From Alphaproteobacteria bacterium (GTDB taxonomy: Bacteria > Pseudomonadota > Alphaproteobacteria > UBA7879): DNA of 64,000 bases. Position numbers and translations under genes: made by a program. The notes under the pieces are model-generated. The model ran no database searches, was not told where the DNA came from, and saw only the letters and a list, made by a program, of their open reading frames with translations. Shown piece after piece: positions 31,502-41,137 of the stretch (within the stretch, counting starts at the first letter, position 1; each line of letters opens with the position of its first letter). The DNA lies in the NCBI GenBank assembly GCA_965178295.1, contig CBCXTT010000002.1, positions 101,178 to 165,177 on the forward strand, given 5' to 3'.

Positions 31502-32284
31502 TGTGTTCTCCCCCTAAACACGCATCAACAGGCCCTGAAAGATTATGCAGTATCGGATGCAGATGCTTTATCACAACACTTAGCGCACACACTATACATA
31601 TTGCGCGCCCTAAAAGCCCATGCTAATTACAAAATGCCTTTCTATACTTGATAACTTAATACGCTAATGTTCCCCCCTTGTCAGATCTCATGAGCATAAC
31701 ATAACTAAATTAGATGCTAGATGAAAAGTACGTGATGAACGCTCTCTAGGATCACAACATACGAGCAATCATCTCCCATACAGTCAACATGCCCTGAATG
31801 AACGATAAACAGTCGCTATGTTCAGAAGGGCCCTACATGGGATAGTTGAGGAAATCAGATCATTATTTAAAACAGCAGAAATGCAGTACGAGAAACTTGT
31901 TATTGACTAGAGGATAATCGCGTACCAATCCCCGACTCGCGATATACCGTAAGCAAATCCACTCAGAGTTTATTCGAGCGTGCCGAAAGCAGTAAACAAG
32001 AGGAGCGCAAGGTCCTTAAACATCTTCTAAAATAAGAACCGAAAGCCCTTTTCCAGAATGTGCATGCAAGAACAAATAAAATGGATGGAGCTATAAACTG
32101 CATTAGTGCATGTATAGAATTGAAACACGTTCTACTTCAGACATCCTCCCACCACATAACATATCTCCGAAAGAGTCTAGACAATGCATTGCAATTGCTC
32201 ATCATGACTGAACTCACGCATTCATTAGTATATGAATCGTGCGCTAAAAGTAACGCACATGTATACACCATATTCTTTCCCTAA
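31502..32284 (+). pseudogene. Fragmented alpha-helical orphan gene
   Basis: Successive protein-like fragments (HQQALKDYAVSDADALSQHLAHTLYILRALK; MFRRALHGIVEEIRSLFKTAEMQYEKLVID*; SLFERAESSKQEERKVLKHLLK*EPKALFQ..) joined by stops and frameshifts. Confidence 0.4.
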
Positions 32285-33122
32285 CGCGCATTTTAGCATG
32301 GTATCCAGTGATCCAAGCGTCATAGACAAACCTGTCTAACTTACCTTCCAACCGACTGCGACTAAAAATTCAGCACAGTTTTGAGATGGTGAACAAAGTA
32401 AATATTGACATGTTTTCTAACTCTATGATGGAGCAATATGTGGGGCATTTTTCCTCTATACACCTCTACCAATGTGAGGAGAGGAAAAAATTGGCGTTAC
32501 AAAGCGTTGGTGTGGATTGCGTGGGGCCTGAGGAGTGTTATTATTAGATTCGCCCTACAAGTGCTACTATTCGCATTAGCCATCAAGTGCCCAATGACAA
32601 CCAAGCATTTCCTGGCATGCCTTATTGCAGGCGTATCCAGCACAACAGGTGCAGAAGGAGTAGTTACAGGTAAAGATGAGATGGGCATAATCCTAGTCTT
32701 AATGAAGACTATTTGATGATCAATAATACCTCTATTACACACGAGCCGATAGAAAAGCCTGTGTACTGATTGACTTCCACGTGCAATGAGGCGGTAAGTG
32801 TCCGCATATCCAAGGAAAGAATTTATCCCAGTTCTCCGCATCTATGACATGCATAGCGCATGTAAAATAGTGCTGTGATCCCGAATGCTGTATAGAAATT
32901 TCTTTTAGGGATATATGGGTATTGAATGCACATACATCAACTTATCAAAGGGAGAGCTATAATATTGGAAATACAGAAACGCTCTCAAGCAACGGCTTGA
33001 TCAACTCTGATTGGCAATAAGATCGGGGGCGGATGCTTGCAGTGGCGTGAAAGAAAACAAGCCAACATAGTCCACTCACATTCCACTGAGTAGGGCGACC
33101 GCTCCATAGATGACGCACAAAG

Positions 33123-33198
<76 letters not shown>

Positions 33199-33224
33199 TT
33201 ACATATTGCCTGATTCTAGGATAC

Positions 33225-33527
33225 TCATTTAACTAACTGAAAAAGAATTTGGGTCAAAACCATTTCTAAAAAATAGATTGCAAAGAACAAGGCAAGGACC
33301 GATAAATCCAGGCCGCCTATCACCGGTATAACACGGCGCATAGGGTTTAAAACTGGCTCCATGATGTTTGTTAAAAATTCAATAACCATGCGCACAAATT
33401 TATTCCCTGGATTAACAACACCAAAGAAAAACAACCAACTCATAATAACATAAACGATCAATGCCCATCTATACAGGGAAAGAACCTCAAGCAAGATCTT
33501 TACAAGTGGTACGAGAATGATATCCAT
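33225..33527 (-). CDS. YggT family membrane protein
   Basis: IMSWL..FGVVN..N.FV..EPVLNPMRRVIP.IGGLDLS. Confidence 0.92.
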   Translation of the reverse strand: MDIILVPLVKILLEVLSLYRWALIVYVIMSWLFFFGVVNPGNKFVRMVIEFLTNIMEPVLNPMRRVIPVIGGLDLSVLALFFAIYFLEMVLTQILFQLVK

Positions 33528-33553
33528 TTCTTTTCTCCTTGCGATACCCTTTT

Positions 33554-34363
33554 CTATACGACAGCTATATCCGGCGCTTCAGGATCCTTCATGCCTACAA
33601 CATGATACCCATTATCCACATGGAGAATTTCCCCCGTAACACCTGATGAGAGGCTACTCAACAAATATGTAGCGCTTCCGCCAACATCTTCAAGCGTTAT
33701 ATTGCGCCGCAATGGCGCATTATATTCATTCCATTTTAAGATATGACGAAAATCCCCAATTGCTGAAGATGCCAATGTCCGAACAGGACCTGCGGAAATG
33801 CCGTTTACGCGAATATTGTCACGACCTAAATCTGCTGCCAAATACCGTACGCTCGACTCTAGCGCTGCTTTAGCCACACCCATCACGTTATAATGCGGCA
33901 TCACCTTTTCGGCGCCGTAATATGAAAGCGTCACAAGACTTCCTCCATCCGACATTATTGATAATGCCTTTTGACAAACAGCTGTGAAAGAAAAGCAAGA
34001 AATATCCATTGTCATTTGAAAGTTGTGTCGCGAGGTGTTGCTATAACGGCCCGTCAGTTCTGTCTTATCGGCAAACGCAATAGCGTGGACAACAAAATCG
34101 ATTGTGCCCCATTTGTCGTGTAATATGCAAAACAGGCGTGCAATATCGTCATCATTTGTCACATCGCAGGACACCAAACAATCAGATCCTAAAGTATTAA
34201 CTAAAGGTTCTAAACGGCGTAATAGCGCCTCACCTTGGTATGAAAACGCTAGTTCTGCACCATGATCAGACAAAGATTTTGCCACACCCCATGCGAGAGA
34301 TCGATCATTGGCCACACCCATGATCAACCCACGCTTACCCGCCATTAAACGGCTATCAGTCAT
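33554..34363 (-). CDS. fabI: Enoyl-ACP reductase FabI
   Basis: GKRGLIMGVANDRSLAWG, YNVMGVAKAALE, SAGPVRTLA. Confidence 0.98.
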   Translation of the reverse strand: MTDSRLMAGKRGLIMGVANDRSLAWGVAKSLSDHGAELAFSYQGEALLRRLEPLVNTLGSDCLVSCDVTNDDDIARLFCILHDKWGTIDFVVHAIAFADKTELTGRYSNTSRHNFQMTMDISCFSFTAVCQKALSIMSDGGSLVTLSYYGAEKVMPHYNVMGVAKAALESSVRYLAADLGRDNIRVNGISAGPVRTLASSAIGDFRHILKWNEYNAPLRRNITLEDVGGSATYLLSSLSSGVTGEILHVDNGYHVVGMKDPEAPDIAVV

Positions 34364-34518
34364 ATCGCACCTCTTTACAATCAATTCTCATCACATGATG
34401 GAATATACAGAAAATAGACAATAATTGCAATTAACACAGAAATATAACGCTTGGCAACCCTGTGGCATATGGATATGCTGCACATGACGCATTAAAGGAA
34501 ACAGGAGCATAAGAAATA

Positions 34519-35394
34519 ATGAAATTTCTTGAAACCTTAGAAATACTTTCCCCCCTTTACGATGTATTTATTCTTGACATTGTTGGCGTTCTGCATAACG
34601 GGGTTTCTGCCTTTCCAGAGGTTGAAAAATCTCTCAAAGAAATAGGAAAAATAAATCACTTCATGGTTCTCTCCAATATGGCGCGTCCTTGTGAATTTGC
34701 AGAAGCGAGCCTGGAGAAAAAGGGGATTACGGTTCCCAAAGAACGCATTTTAACTTCAGGCGAGGTATTACGGTATCAGTTGCGGTTTCAAACAGATGAT
34801 CTCTTTAAAAAAATTGGTACATATTTTTATCATTTTGGTGCTGACAAAAATCCACACCTCCTTACAGGACTAAATCTTAAGGGTTGCAGCACTCTAAACA
34901 AAGCGAACTTCCTGTTGTGTACACAGACTGTTGGGGACAAAGATTCAATGAAAAACTGGGATAGTTTGTTACAAGATGCTATTGCTAAGGATCTGCCGAT
35001 GGTTGTACCCAATCCAGATATCACAGCGATGCATGGTAGTAAAACTGTGTGGACACCTGGAAGCTTTGGTAAGCGCTATGAGAACATGGGGGGTAAGGCT
35101 TACTATTACGGAAAGCCCTCACAATCCATATATGATGAGGCATTCAGGATGTTGGATGTAGCGGGCTTTAAAGATAAAAAGCGCTTTATTATGGTCGGCG
35201 ACACAATGGAAACAGATATTTTAGGCGCCCACAATGCGAACATTGATAGTGCGCTTGTATTAAGTGGTAATACTGCTCTGGAACTTAGGACTTCATCAGA
35301 TGTGCACGAAGAGTATATCTTGAAAAAAATAAAGGCCTTGTCCGCTGATAGAGGATACGCCCCAAACTGGGTACTACCATCATTCAAATGGTAG
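34519..35394 (+). CDS. HAD-IIA hydrolase (TIGR01459-like)
   Basis: LDIVGVLHNG, LSN, PNPD, GKP..IY, MVGDTMETDILGA. Confidence 0.88.
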   Translation: MKFLETLEILSPLYDVFILDIVGVLHNGVSAFPEVEKSLKEIGKINHFMVLSNMARPCEFAEASLEKKGITVPKERILTSGEVLRYQLRFQTDDLFKKIGTYFYHFGADKNPHLLTGLNLKGCSTLNKANFLLCTQTVGDKDSMKNWDSLLQDAIAKDLPMVVPNPDITAMHGSKTVWTPGSFGKRYENMGGKAYYYGKPSQSIYDEAFRMLDVAGFKDKKRFIMVGDTMETDILGAHNANIDSALVLSGNTALELRTSSDVHEEYILKKIKALSADRGYAPNWVLPSFKW

Positions 35395-35409
35395 CCGTAC
35401 TGATGCGAT

Positions 35410-35483
35410 TGGAGCGGGCGAGGGGAATTGAACCCCCGTCTTTAGCTTGGGAAGCTTCTGCTCTACCATTGAGCTACGCCCGC
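35410..35483 (-). tRNA. tRNA-Gly (CCC)
   Basis: Reverse complement GCGGGCGTAGCTCAATGGTAGAGCAGAAGCTTCCCAAGCTAAAGACGGGGGTTCAATTCCCCTCGCCCGCTCCA. Confidence 0.96.
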
Positions 35484-36760
35484 ACTTATATAGTGCACCA
35501 TTATACGAATAAAACCTTCTATCTACAAGAAATCAAATAACTACCCCATATATTGAGAATGTATTTTCATAGGAAGAAATCTAGCGCAACATCTCTATTG
35601 AGTCGAGATTTTTCAGTGATACATCGAGCTTTAAAGCCCCTGTCTGTACGCATTTAAAGCCTCAAACAAGATAGAATTAATGCCTAGCAACAATGTATGC
35701 CTCTCTTTGCATTCATGCACGATGCGCAATAATCGCCAAAGTTCTGCACAACCAGGACCCCTCCTCCGAATTTTAAATAGCATTATCAGTGTGTCTCCAA
35801 AATCCTCTTCTATAAAAAAACAAATAAATAATACAGTCTCAGCTCAATCACCTTATCATTTCACGCTCTAATAGCATTTTCACTCTTCAGAAACGGGTCA
35901 AAAATCCCTCGCAGTCGCATAAATATAGACAAGAGACATACATTATAAGCTCTTATCTTCATTAGACTGATCGTCAGAACGCAGAAAATCCTGGTCGACA
36001 CATCAGGTGCAAAATCAGTCGCATCTAGATGCGCATAGCGTTGACAATATAACGTCAACTAGCGTGCTGTTTGCAATAGCAAATAATAGGACAGCTCTCA
36101 AAACCTGGCAACAACGACATCACAGCAAAGTTCTACAATGCAACATTAACAGAAATAGATAAGCTAAAAAATCAGAGTAGGTTTTGCCCATGTTTATTAT
36201 ATTCTTGCAAGTAAAGCAGTTGGGTACGATTCCTTAATTCATTGTCCAACGCTCCCAAAGCATGGATGGCATCAGGAAAATCATTGAGAATTGACAATAC
36301 GCAAATTACTCTTCGATTTATAAACCAGCAGTGTGACACAAAAAAGGTTAAGCCCTTGCACCCTGAACAAAAGAAAAACCTGTACGCAAGATAGAAGGCG
36401 CTAGAGAGATGCTATTATGCTGGACAAATATCACCCTGTGCACTGTTTCCACTGCTGCATAAGAAAATTGTTTCAATCGATTTTTTGCTCTCAGCATGTA
36501 AGTCATGAATCAAAACAACACCTCACGGAACGAAAATTTTTGCCTATCCATCTTCAGCAAAACAAGTGCGACTTAGCCTGTGTATTATACTATGAGAAGT
36601 AATAGCAGGAGGGTAGCGCGCAGCAGCAGAGAAATACACAGCACCCCACATCTAGCATCATTAACACCATACATCCCACACAAAAGATAAAATTAGAGAG
36701 TTGGATCGCAAAATCAAGCCAGGAAACAAACCAGAAGCCTCTCTAAAGCCTGAACCTTTT

Positions 36761-36782
36761 ATGTCACGGGAATGTCACGGGA
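36761..36782. repeat. Perfect 11-bp tandem repeat
   Basis: ATGTCACGGGA twice (36761, 36772). Confidence 0.85.
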
Positions 36783-37205
36783 AAAGCGCAAGAAGCATTG
36801 AAATTATTGGATTTCATACAGAGGCAAAGGTGTCGACCGAGTACGTGCTAGCGTCTACCCTCAAGACGTAGGCCAAACAAGCAGGCCATAGATGTGGAAC
36901 ACTCACGATCCGGAAAGCAGTCAACAGGTTTCACTATGGGAGATGATGATCTCTTGACAGTCTCAATATCTTGTACCCTAATCCAGCACACTATACCAGA
37001 TGCCTTGCACACAATATATGTCAAAACAATAAGCACTTATCCAGATGTACCATATTGCGTTGACTGCACAAAACACACAATACTACCTATGCAAAGGGGT
37101 GGTTTGAGCGCACACAAACCCTCTCGCAATGTAGCTACAAATTATCTACACAATCCTAAATTTCTTGCTATAATTCTGGAGTAATATAACCGCAAGGACA
37201 CGCGC

Positions 37206-37937
37206 ATGGAAAAAAATCCACTTATTGGTCTCACAATGAGCTTTGACAGCAAGGGAGTCTATTATTCTGAGTTACCTTGGTATGTCCTGAGAGAAAACCA
37301 CTGCTCTACAGTCATAGCTGCTGGCGGTACACCTATTGGTCTACCCTATGATGTTTCCAGTGTCGATCAGTACCTGAACACTATTGATGGTCTCATTGTT
37401 ACAGGTAGCAACTTTGATCTTTCTCCTCAATACTACGGTGAATCCATCAGCAAAGAATGTATTCTGTCTACGGATCCTGTAGATTGCCGCACACAATTTG
37501 AGCTTGATATGCTCAAGAAAGCACTGGAGCGCAACATGCCAATCTTAGGAATTTGTGCCGGTCAACAACTCCTGAACGTGGTGTTGGGTGGAAGTTTGAT
37601 TCAACATATTCCGGATGTGTTGCCGTCAGAAATACAACATGAGCAACCAGGATCTCGAACGGTTGCAGGACATACTGTTAACGTGGTAAAGGACACGCTC
37701 CTTTCAAGATGTGTGAATGGCCAGCCTGTTCTAGACGTAAATAGCGCGCATCACCAAGCTGTTGAAGCGATCGGACCAGGCGTAGTTGTAAATGCCTATG
37801 CGTCAGATGGGTTAATCGAAGGTATCGAACATCCTTCTTATAAATTTTGCATGGGAGTGCAATGGCACCCTGAGTTTTCCATCTCCCCTGCAGATGATAT
37901 GATTACAAAATCTTTGATTGACGCTAGTCGATCATGA
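37206..37937 (+). CDS. Gamma-glutamyl-gamma-aminobutyrate hydrolase family (peptidase C26 / class I amidotransferase)
   Basis: PILGICAGQQ nucleophile, VNSAHHQAV, GVQWHPE. Confidence 0.92.
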   Translation: MEKNPLIGLTMSFDSKGVYYSELPWYVLRENHCSTVIAAGGTPIGLPYDVSSVDQYLNTIDGLIVTGSNFDLSPQYYGESISKECILSTDPVDCRTQFELDMLKKALERNMPILGICAGQQLLNVVLGGSLIQHIPDVLPSEIQHEQPGSRTVAGHTVNVVKDTLLSRCVNGQPVLDVNSAHHQAVEAIGPGVVVNAYASDGLIEGIEHPSYKFCMGVQWHPEFSISPADDMITKSLIDASRS

Positions 37938-38668
37938 TCGGTGAGCGCATTGCAAAATTTTTAGCTCGTGCGGGCGTATGCTCAAGACGTGAGGCAGAGC
38001 AATATGTACTAGATGGTCGTATAATGGTGAACGGCACAACAATCACCAGACCCGCTACTCACATAACAGGCAAAGAAAAGATAACGGCTGACGGACAACG
38101 CATCACGATAACAGAACCATCGCGCCTTTGGATCTTTAATAAAGCCGCTGGCCTTATATGCACGCATAATGATCCCCAGAGGCGCCCATCGGTTTTTGAT
38201 AAAGTGCACGCCATCAATCCAGGCCTTCCCAGGCTGATTTCTGTAGGAAGGCTCGACTTAAATTCAGAGGGGTTACTTTTTCTCACTAATAGTGGCGCGC
38301 TTGAACATACCGTAGCGAGACTGCATGTAGGGTGGAAAAGGCGCTATCGTGTACGTGTGTTTGGACACATCACAGAATCAGCCCTCGCCCGTTTTCAAGC
38401 ACCTCTTACTATCAATGGTATCACTTACACTTTTACAAATATCTCCATCGAAAAAGAGGGGGGTGCAAACACTTGGTTAGTCGTCACATTGCAAGAAGGA
38501 AAAAACCGGGAAATTAGAAACGTGTTTAACCATTTTGGGTGGTCAATTAATCGCCTGATGCGCACAGCATACGGACCTTTCCAACTTGGGAATCTACCTA
38601 AACACGCCATTAAAGAAGTATCTCAAAAAGTATTAAAAGAACAACTTGGCAATACATGCGTATTATAG
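37934..38668 (+). CDS. rluB: rRNA pseudouridine synthase (RluB/RsuA family)
   Basis: S4 domain ERIAKFLARAGVCSRREAE, VGRLDLNSEG, EGKNREIR. Confidence 0.88.
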   Translation: MIGERIAKFLARAGVCSRREAEQYVLDGRIMVNGTTITRPATHITGKEKITADGQRITITEPSRLWIFNKAAGLICTHNDPQRRPSVFDKVHAINPGLPRLISVGRLDLNSEGLLFLTNSGALEHTVARLHVGWKRRYRVRVFGHITESALARFQAPLTINGITYTFTNISIEKEGGANTWLVVTLQEGKNREIRNVFNHFGWSINRLMRTAYGPFQLGNLPKHAIKEVSQKVLKEQLGNTCVL

Positions 38669-39201
38669 GTGGCAAGTGGCGGGGAAAATCTCTTCTTGGT
38701 CCAACAGACAGAGTAACACGCCCAACATCTGATCGTCATAAAGAGTCGCTTTTTAATGTTTTAGACCACGTGGTGTGTTGGAATGGTGTATCTGTTCTAG
38801 ATGCTTTTTCTGGCACCGGCGCTTTAGGTCTCGAGGCTTTGTCACGCGGAGCTCACCATGTGACGTTTATTGAAAAACATAGGCCAGCACTGCAGATTCT
38901 GGGAAAAAACACAAAAATTGCGCCGCCTGAAGCTACCACGACATACCCTATCAACTTTGCAACCTTTCATTCGACGCATCCATTTGATGTCATTTTCCTT
39001 GATCCACCTTATTATGATAACACTGCAGTTCAAGCTTTAGAAATGACATCAAAAAGCCGCTACAGCCATCATAATACTCGCATCATTTTGGAAGCTAATC
39101 CCAAGCATATACCGCGTACACCTGAAGGTTTGATTTGCATAAAAGAAAAAAAATACAGTCATACAGCACTTCTGTTCTACGCCCCTATTGGACGTATGTG
39201 A
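38656..39201 (+). CDS. rsmD: 16S rRNA (guanine966-N2) methyltransferase
   Basis: MRIIGGKWRG, RPTSDR.KESLFN, LDAFSGTGALGLEALSRGA, FLDPPY. Confidence 0.96.
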   Translation: MRIIGGKWRGKSLLGPTDRVTRPTSDRHKESLFNVLDHVVCWNGVSVLDAFSGTGALGLEALSRGAHHVTFIEKHRPALQILGKNTKIAPPEATTTYPINFATFHSTHPFDVIFLDPPYYDNTAVQALEMTSKSRYSHHNTRIILEANPKHIPRTPEGLICIKEKKYSHTALLFYAPIGRM

Positions 39202-39249
39202 TTTTTGTGATACAATATTCTCTACACACCAACTATTAGGAGGCTTCTT

Positions 39250-40299
39250 ATGTGGCACGTTCTACTTGTATTAATTTTAGGATTCAACATGACACCGGGT
39301 GTCATGGCCAAGAAAGCGCTTTTTGCGGATAAGGGGCCATGTTCATCAAAACTTTTACCCGATATGAGCTTGCAAGACGTCGGGGATTGCTTGATGACCC
39401 GCGATAAAAAAGAATGGAATGCTAGATTTTTTAGGGCTGTAAAAGCAGATGTCGTCCATGCAAAGAAAAATAGAAGAGGGCATGAAATTGCCTGGGTTAA
39501 AGAAGCTGAAGAAGTCGGTGACTACTTGCAGGAGCTCGAAAAACTTTCCGACCTTCAGTTGCGCGCACGCCCTGGACATGCGAGTGCAGCGGTACAAAAG
39601 GATCTTGAGGCCGCTATAAAAGCGCTTCTTGTCGACGAAGAAAAAGAGGATGAACAGGAAGAGGCCTGGGAAGAGGAGCATGATATCGATCTTTGGAATG
39701 AGGAAGAAGAGGAGCTAGGGCTCGTTTCTCTTGACCCCGAAGAGTTTAAGCTTGTAGAGGAAGAGGGCATTGATAGCATTGAAGAACTCTATAGAGAGGA
39801 AGAAGCAGAAGAGCATCATGAAGAGCCAGAAAATGTACACATCAAAAAGCTTGCGCACGACTTGCGCGAAGCGGAGCACAACACAGAAGAGAGAGATAAG
39901 CATATTTCTAAGTGGGACGAATACTTAGGAACACACTATAGGTTGAAGAAAAATAACAAAAAGCATACAATTAAAGTTAAGTATCTAGGTGTTGTGATTC
40001 ATGTGAGCAGGGAAGAGGGATACGCCATCATTCATATCTTTGGCGCACAAGACAAAAAAATGAATGGCACCTTAGCAAAACTCCACATTGGACACGATAC
40101 AAAACCTCTGGAGCGTGGAGTCAGTGTCGTTATGTTTCAAAAATTAGAGCCATCATCTCATCCAGTCAAGGAGCATGGACATAAGATAACACATTTGGTG
40201 GGTGCTGATTCATGGTTCCTCTTTGACAACAAAGAAGCCTACAAAATGTTACATCCACAAGTGATGCATCGCCGCGCACAACATAAAAGGCACCATTAA
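39250..40299 (+). CDS. Hypothetical exported protein, Glu-rich middle and His/Lys-rich C-terminal domain
   Basis: 349-aa ORF with AGGAGG RBS and signal peptide MWHVLLVLILGFNMTPGVMA; no recognised family. Confidence 0.8.
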   Translation: MWHVLLVLILGFNMTPGVMAKKALFADKGPCSSKLLPDMSLQDVGDCLMTRDKKEWNARFFRAVKADVVHAKKNRRGHEIAWVKEAEEVGDYLQELEKLSDLQLRARPGHASAAVQKDLEAAIKALLVDEEKEDEQEEAWEEEHDIDLWNEEEEELGLVSLDPEEFKLVEEEGIDSIEELYREEEAEEHHEEPENVHIKKLAHDLREAEHNTEERDKHISKWDEYLGTHYRLKKNNKKHTIKVKYLGVVIHVSREEGYAIIHIFGAQDKKMNGTLAKLHIGHDTKPLERGVSVVMFQKLEPSSHPVKEHGHKITHLVGADSWFLFDNKEAYKMLHPQVMHRRAQHKRHH

Positions 40300-40871
40300 A
40301 CACGTGGGTTTTTATCATCATATGGTCTCGCTTCAGTACTATATCGCAAAACAGCGCATAGAGCAGGCACATCAACTTTTTTGGTGCGCCTCCTCTATTG
40401 GGTTAACGCGCGGGATGGAATATGTACCACGCCAGTCCCACAAGTTCATACAGAGAAACGAAACCTGATAAAGGATAGGCAACCAGTACAGATATGGTGA
40501 GGGCTTAGGTAGAAGAGGTGCTGGGACATATTCGATTCATTCTGGAAAACTATGCGCGCATCAAGTCTCGCATAATAATTATTCTCTTAGGCAACCAATA
40601 TCAACAAATCATCAGCCCAAGACATACAGCGCACAGTATGATGTGAGTGTGCATTTAGAGTAAAATTAAAAAATTTAAACTTCCCTCACAAATCTCTTTG
40701 GGGAAAAAGGATATCCTCACATAATAAGAGTCGCCATAGCAATCGTTGCACAAATTGCAAGTCCGCCCCTCTCTCCGCATCAGACAAACATTCTACTTAG
40801 TGTTGAAAATGCATGTCTGATAGAAGACACATCAGATCTCAGGCCAGTTGCTGTTACATATTCTGAAAATA

Positions 40872-40902
40872 AGCCCATCAAGCTCTCCCAAGAAGATGGG
40901 CT
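40872..40902. other. 8-bp inverted repeat (possible terminator/hairpin)
   Basis: AGCCCATC-15 nt-GATGGGCT in AT-rich flanks. Confidence 0.35.
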
Positions 40903-41059
40903 GATTTATTGCATATTTTTGCAATCTACTGCTCACACAATAGAAGGATAGTACGTTTATTTGAGAGGATTTCTTTTTAAGCATTCCACGATCCACAGCA
41001 CACCGATCTGCTATAAGAAAAATTCTTGCATTTTCAATTTGTTTCCTGATACTATCCCG

Positions 41060-41120
41060 TCAGACGTATATGTATTGTGGCGCGCGTCTAGCAGTGTCAA
41101 GCATAATACAAATTCTCTGA
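41060..41120 (+). promoter_or_regulatory. Structured rpsA 5' leader
   Basis: TCAGA/TCTGA and TGTATTGTG/CATAATACA nested stems, ending directly before the AAGGA SD at 41121. Confidence 0.5.
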
Positions 41121-41137
41121 AAGGACTAAAAATTTCA

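Noticed and set aside
40564-40592. dif-like site (GTCTCGCATAA TAATTA TTCTCTTAGGC)
   Set aside because: XerD arm matches only about 6 of 11 of TTATGTTAAAT; similar weak half-matches near 11495 and 14665 also dismissed
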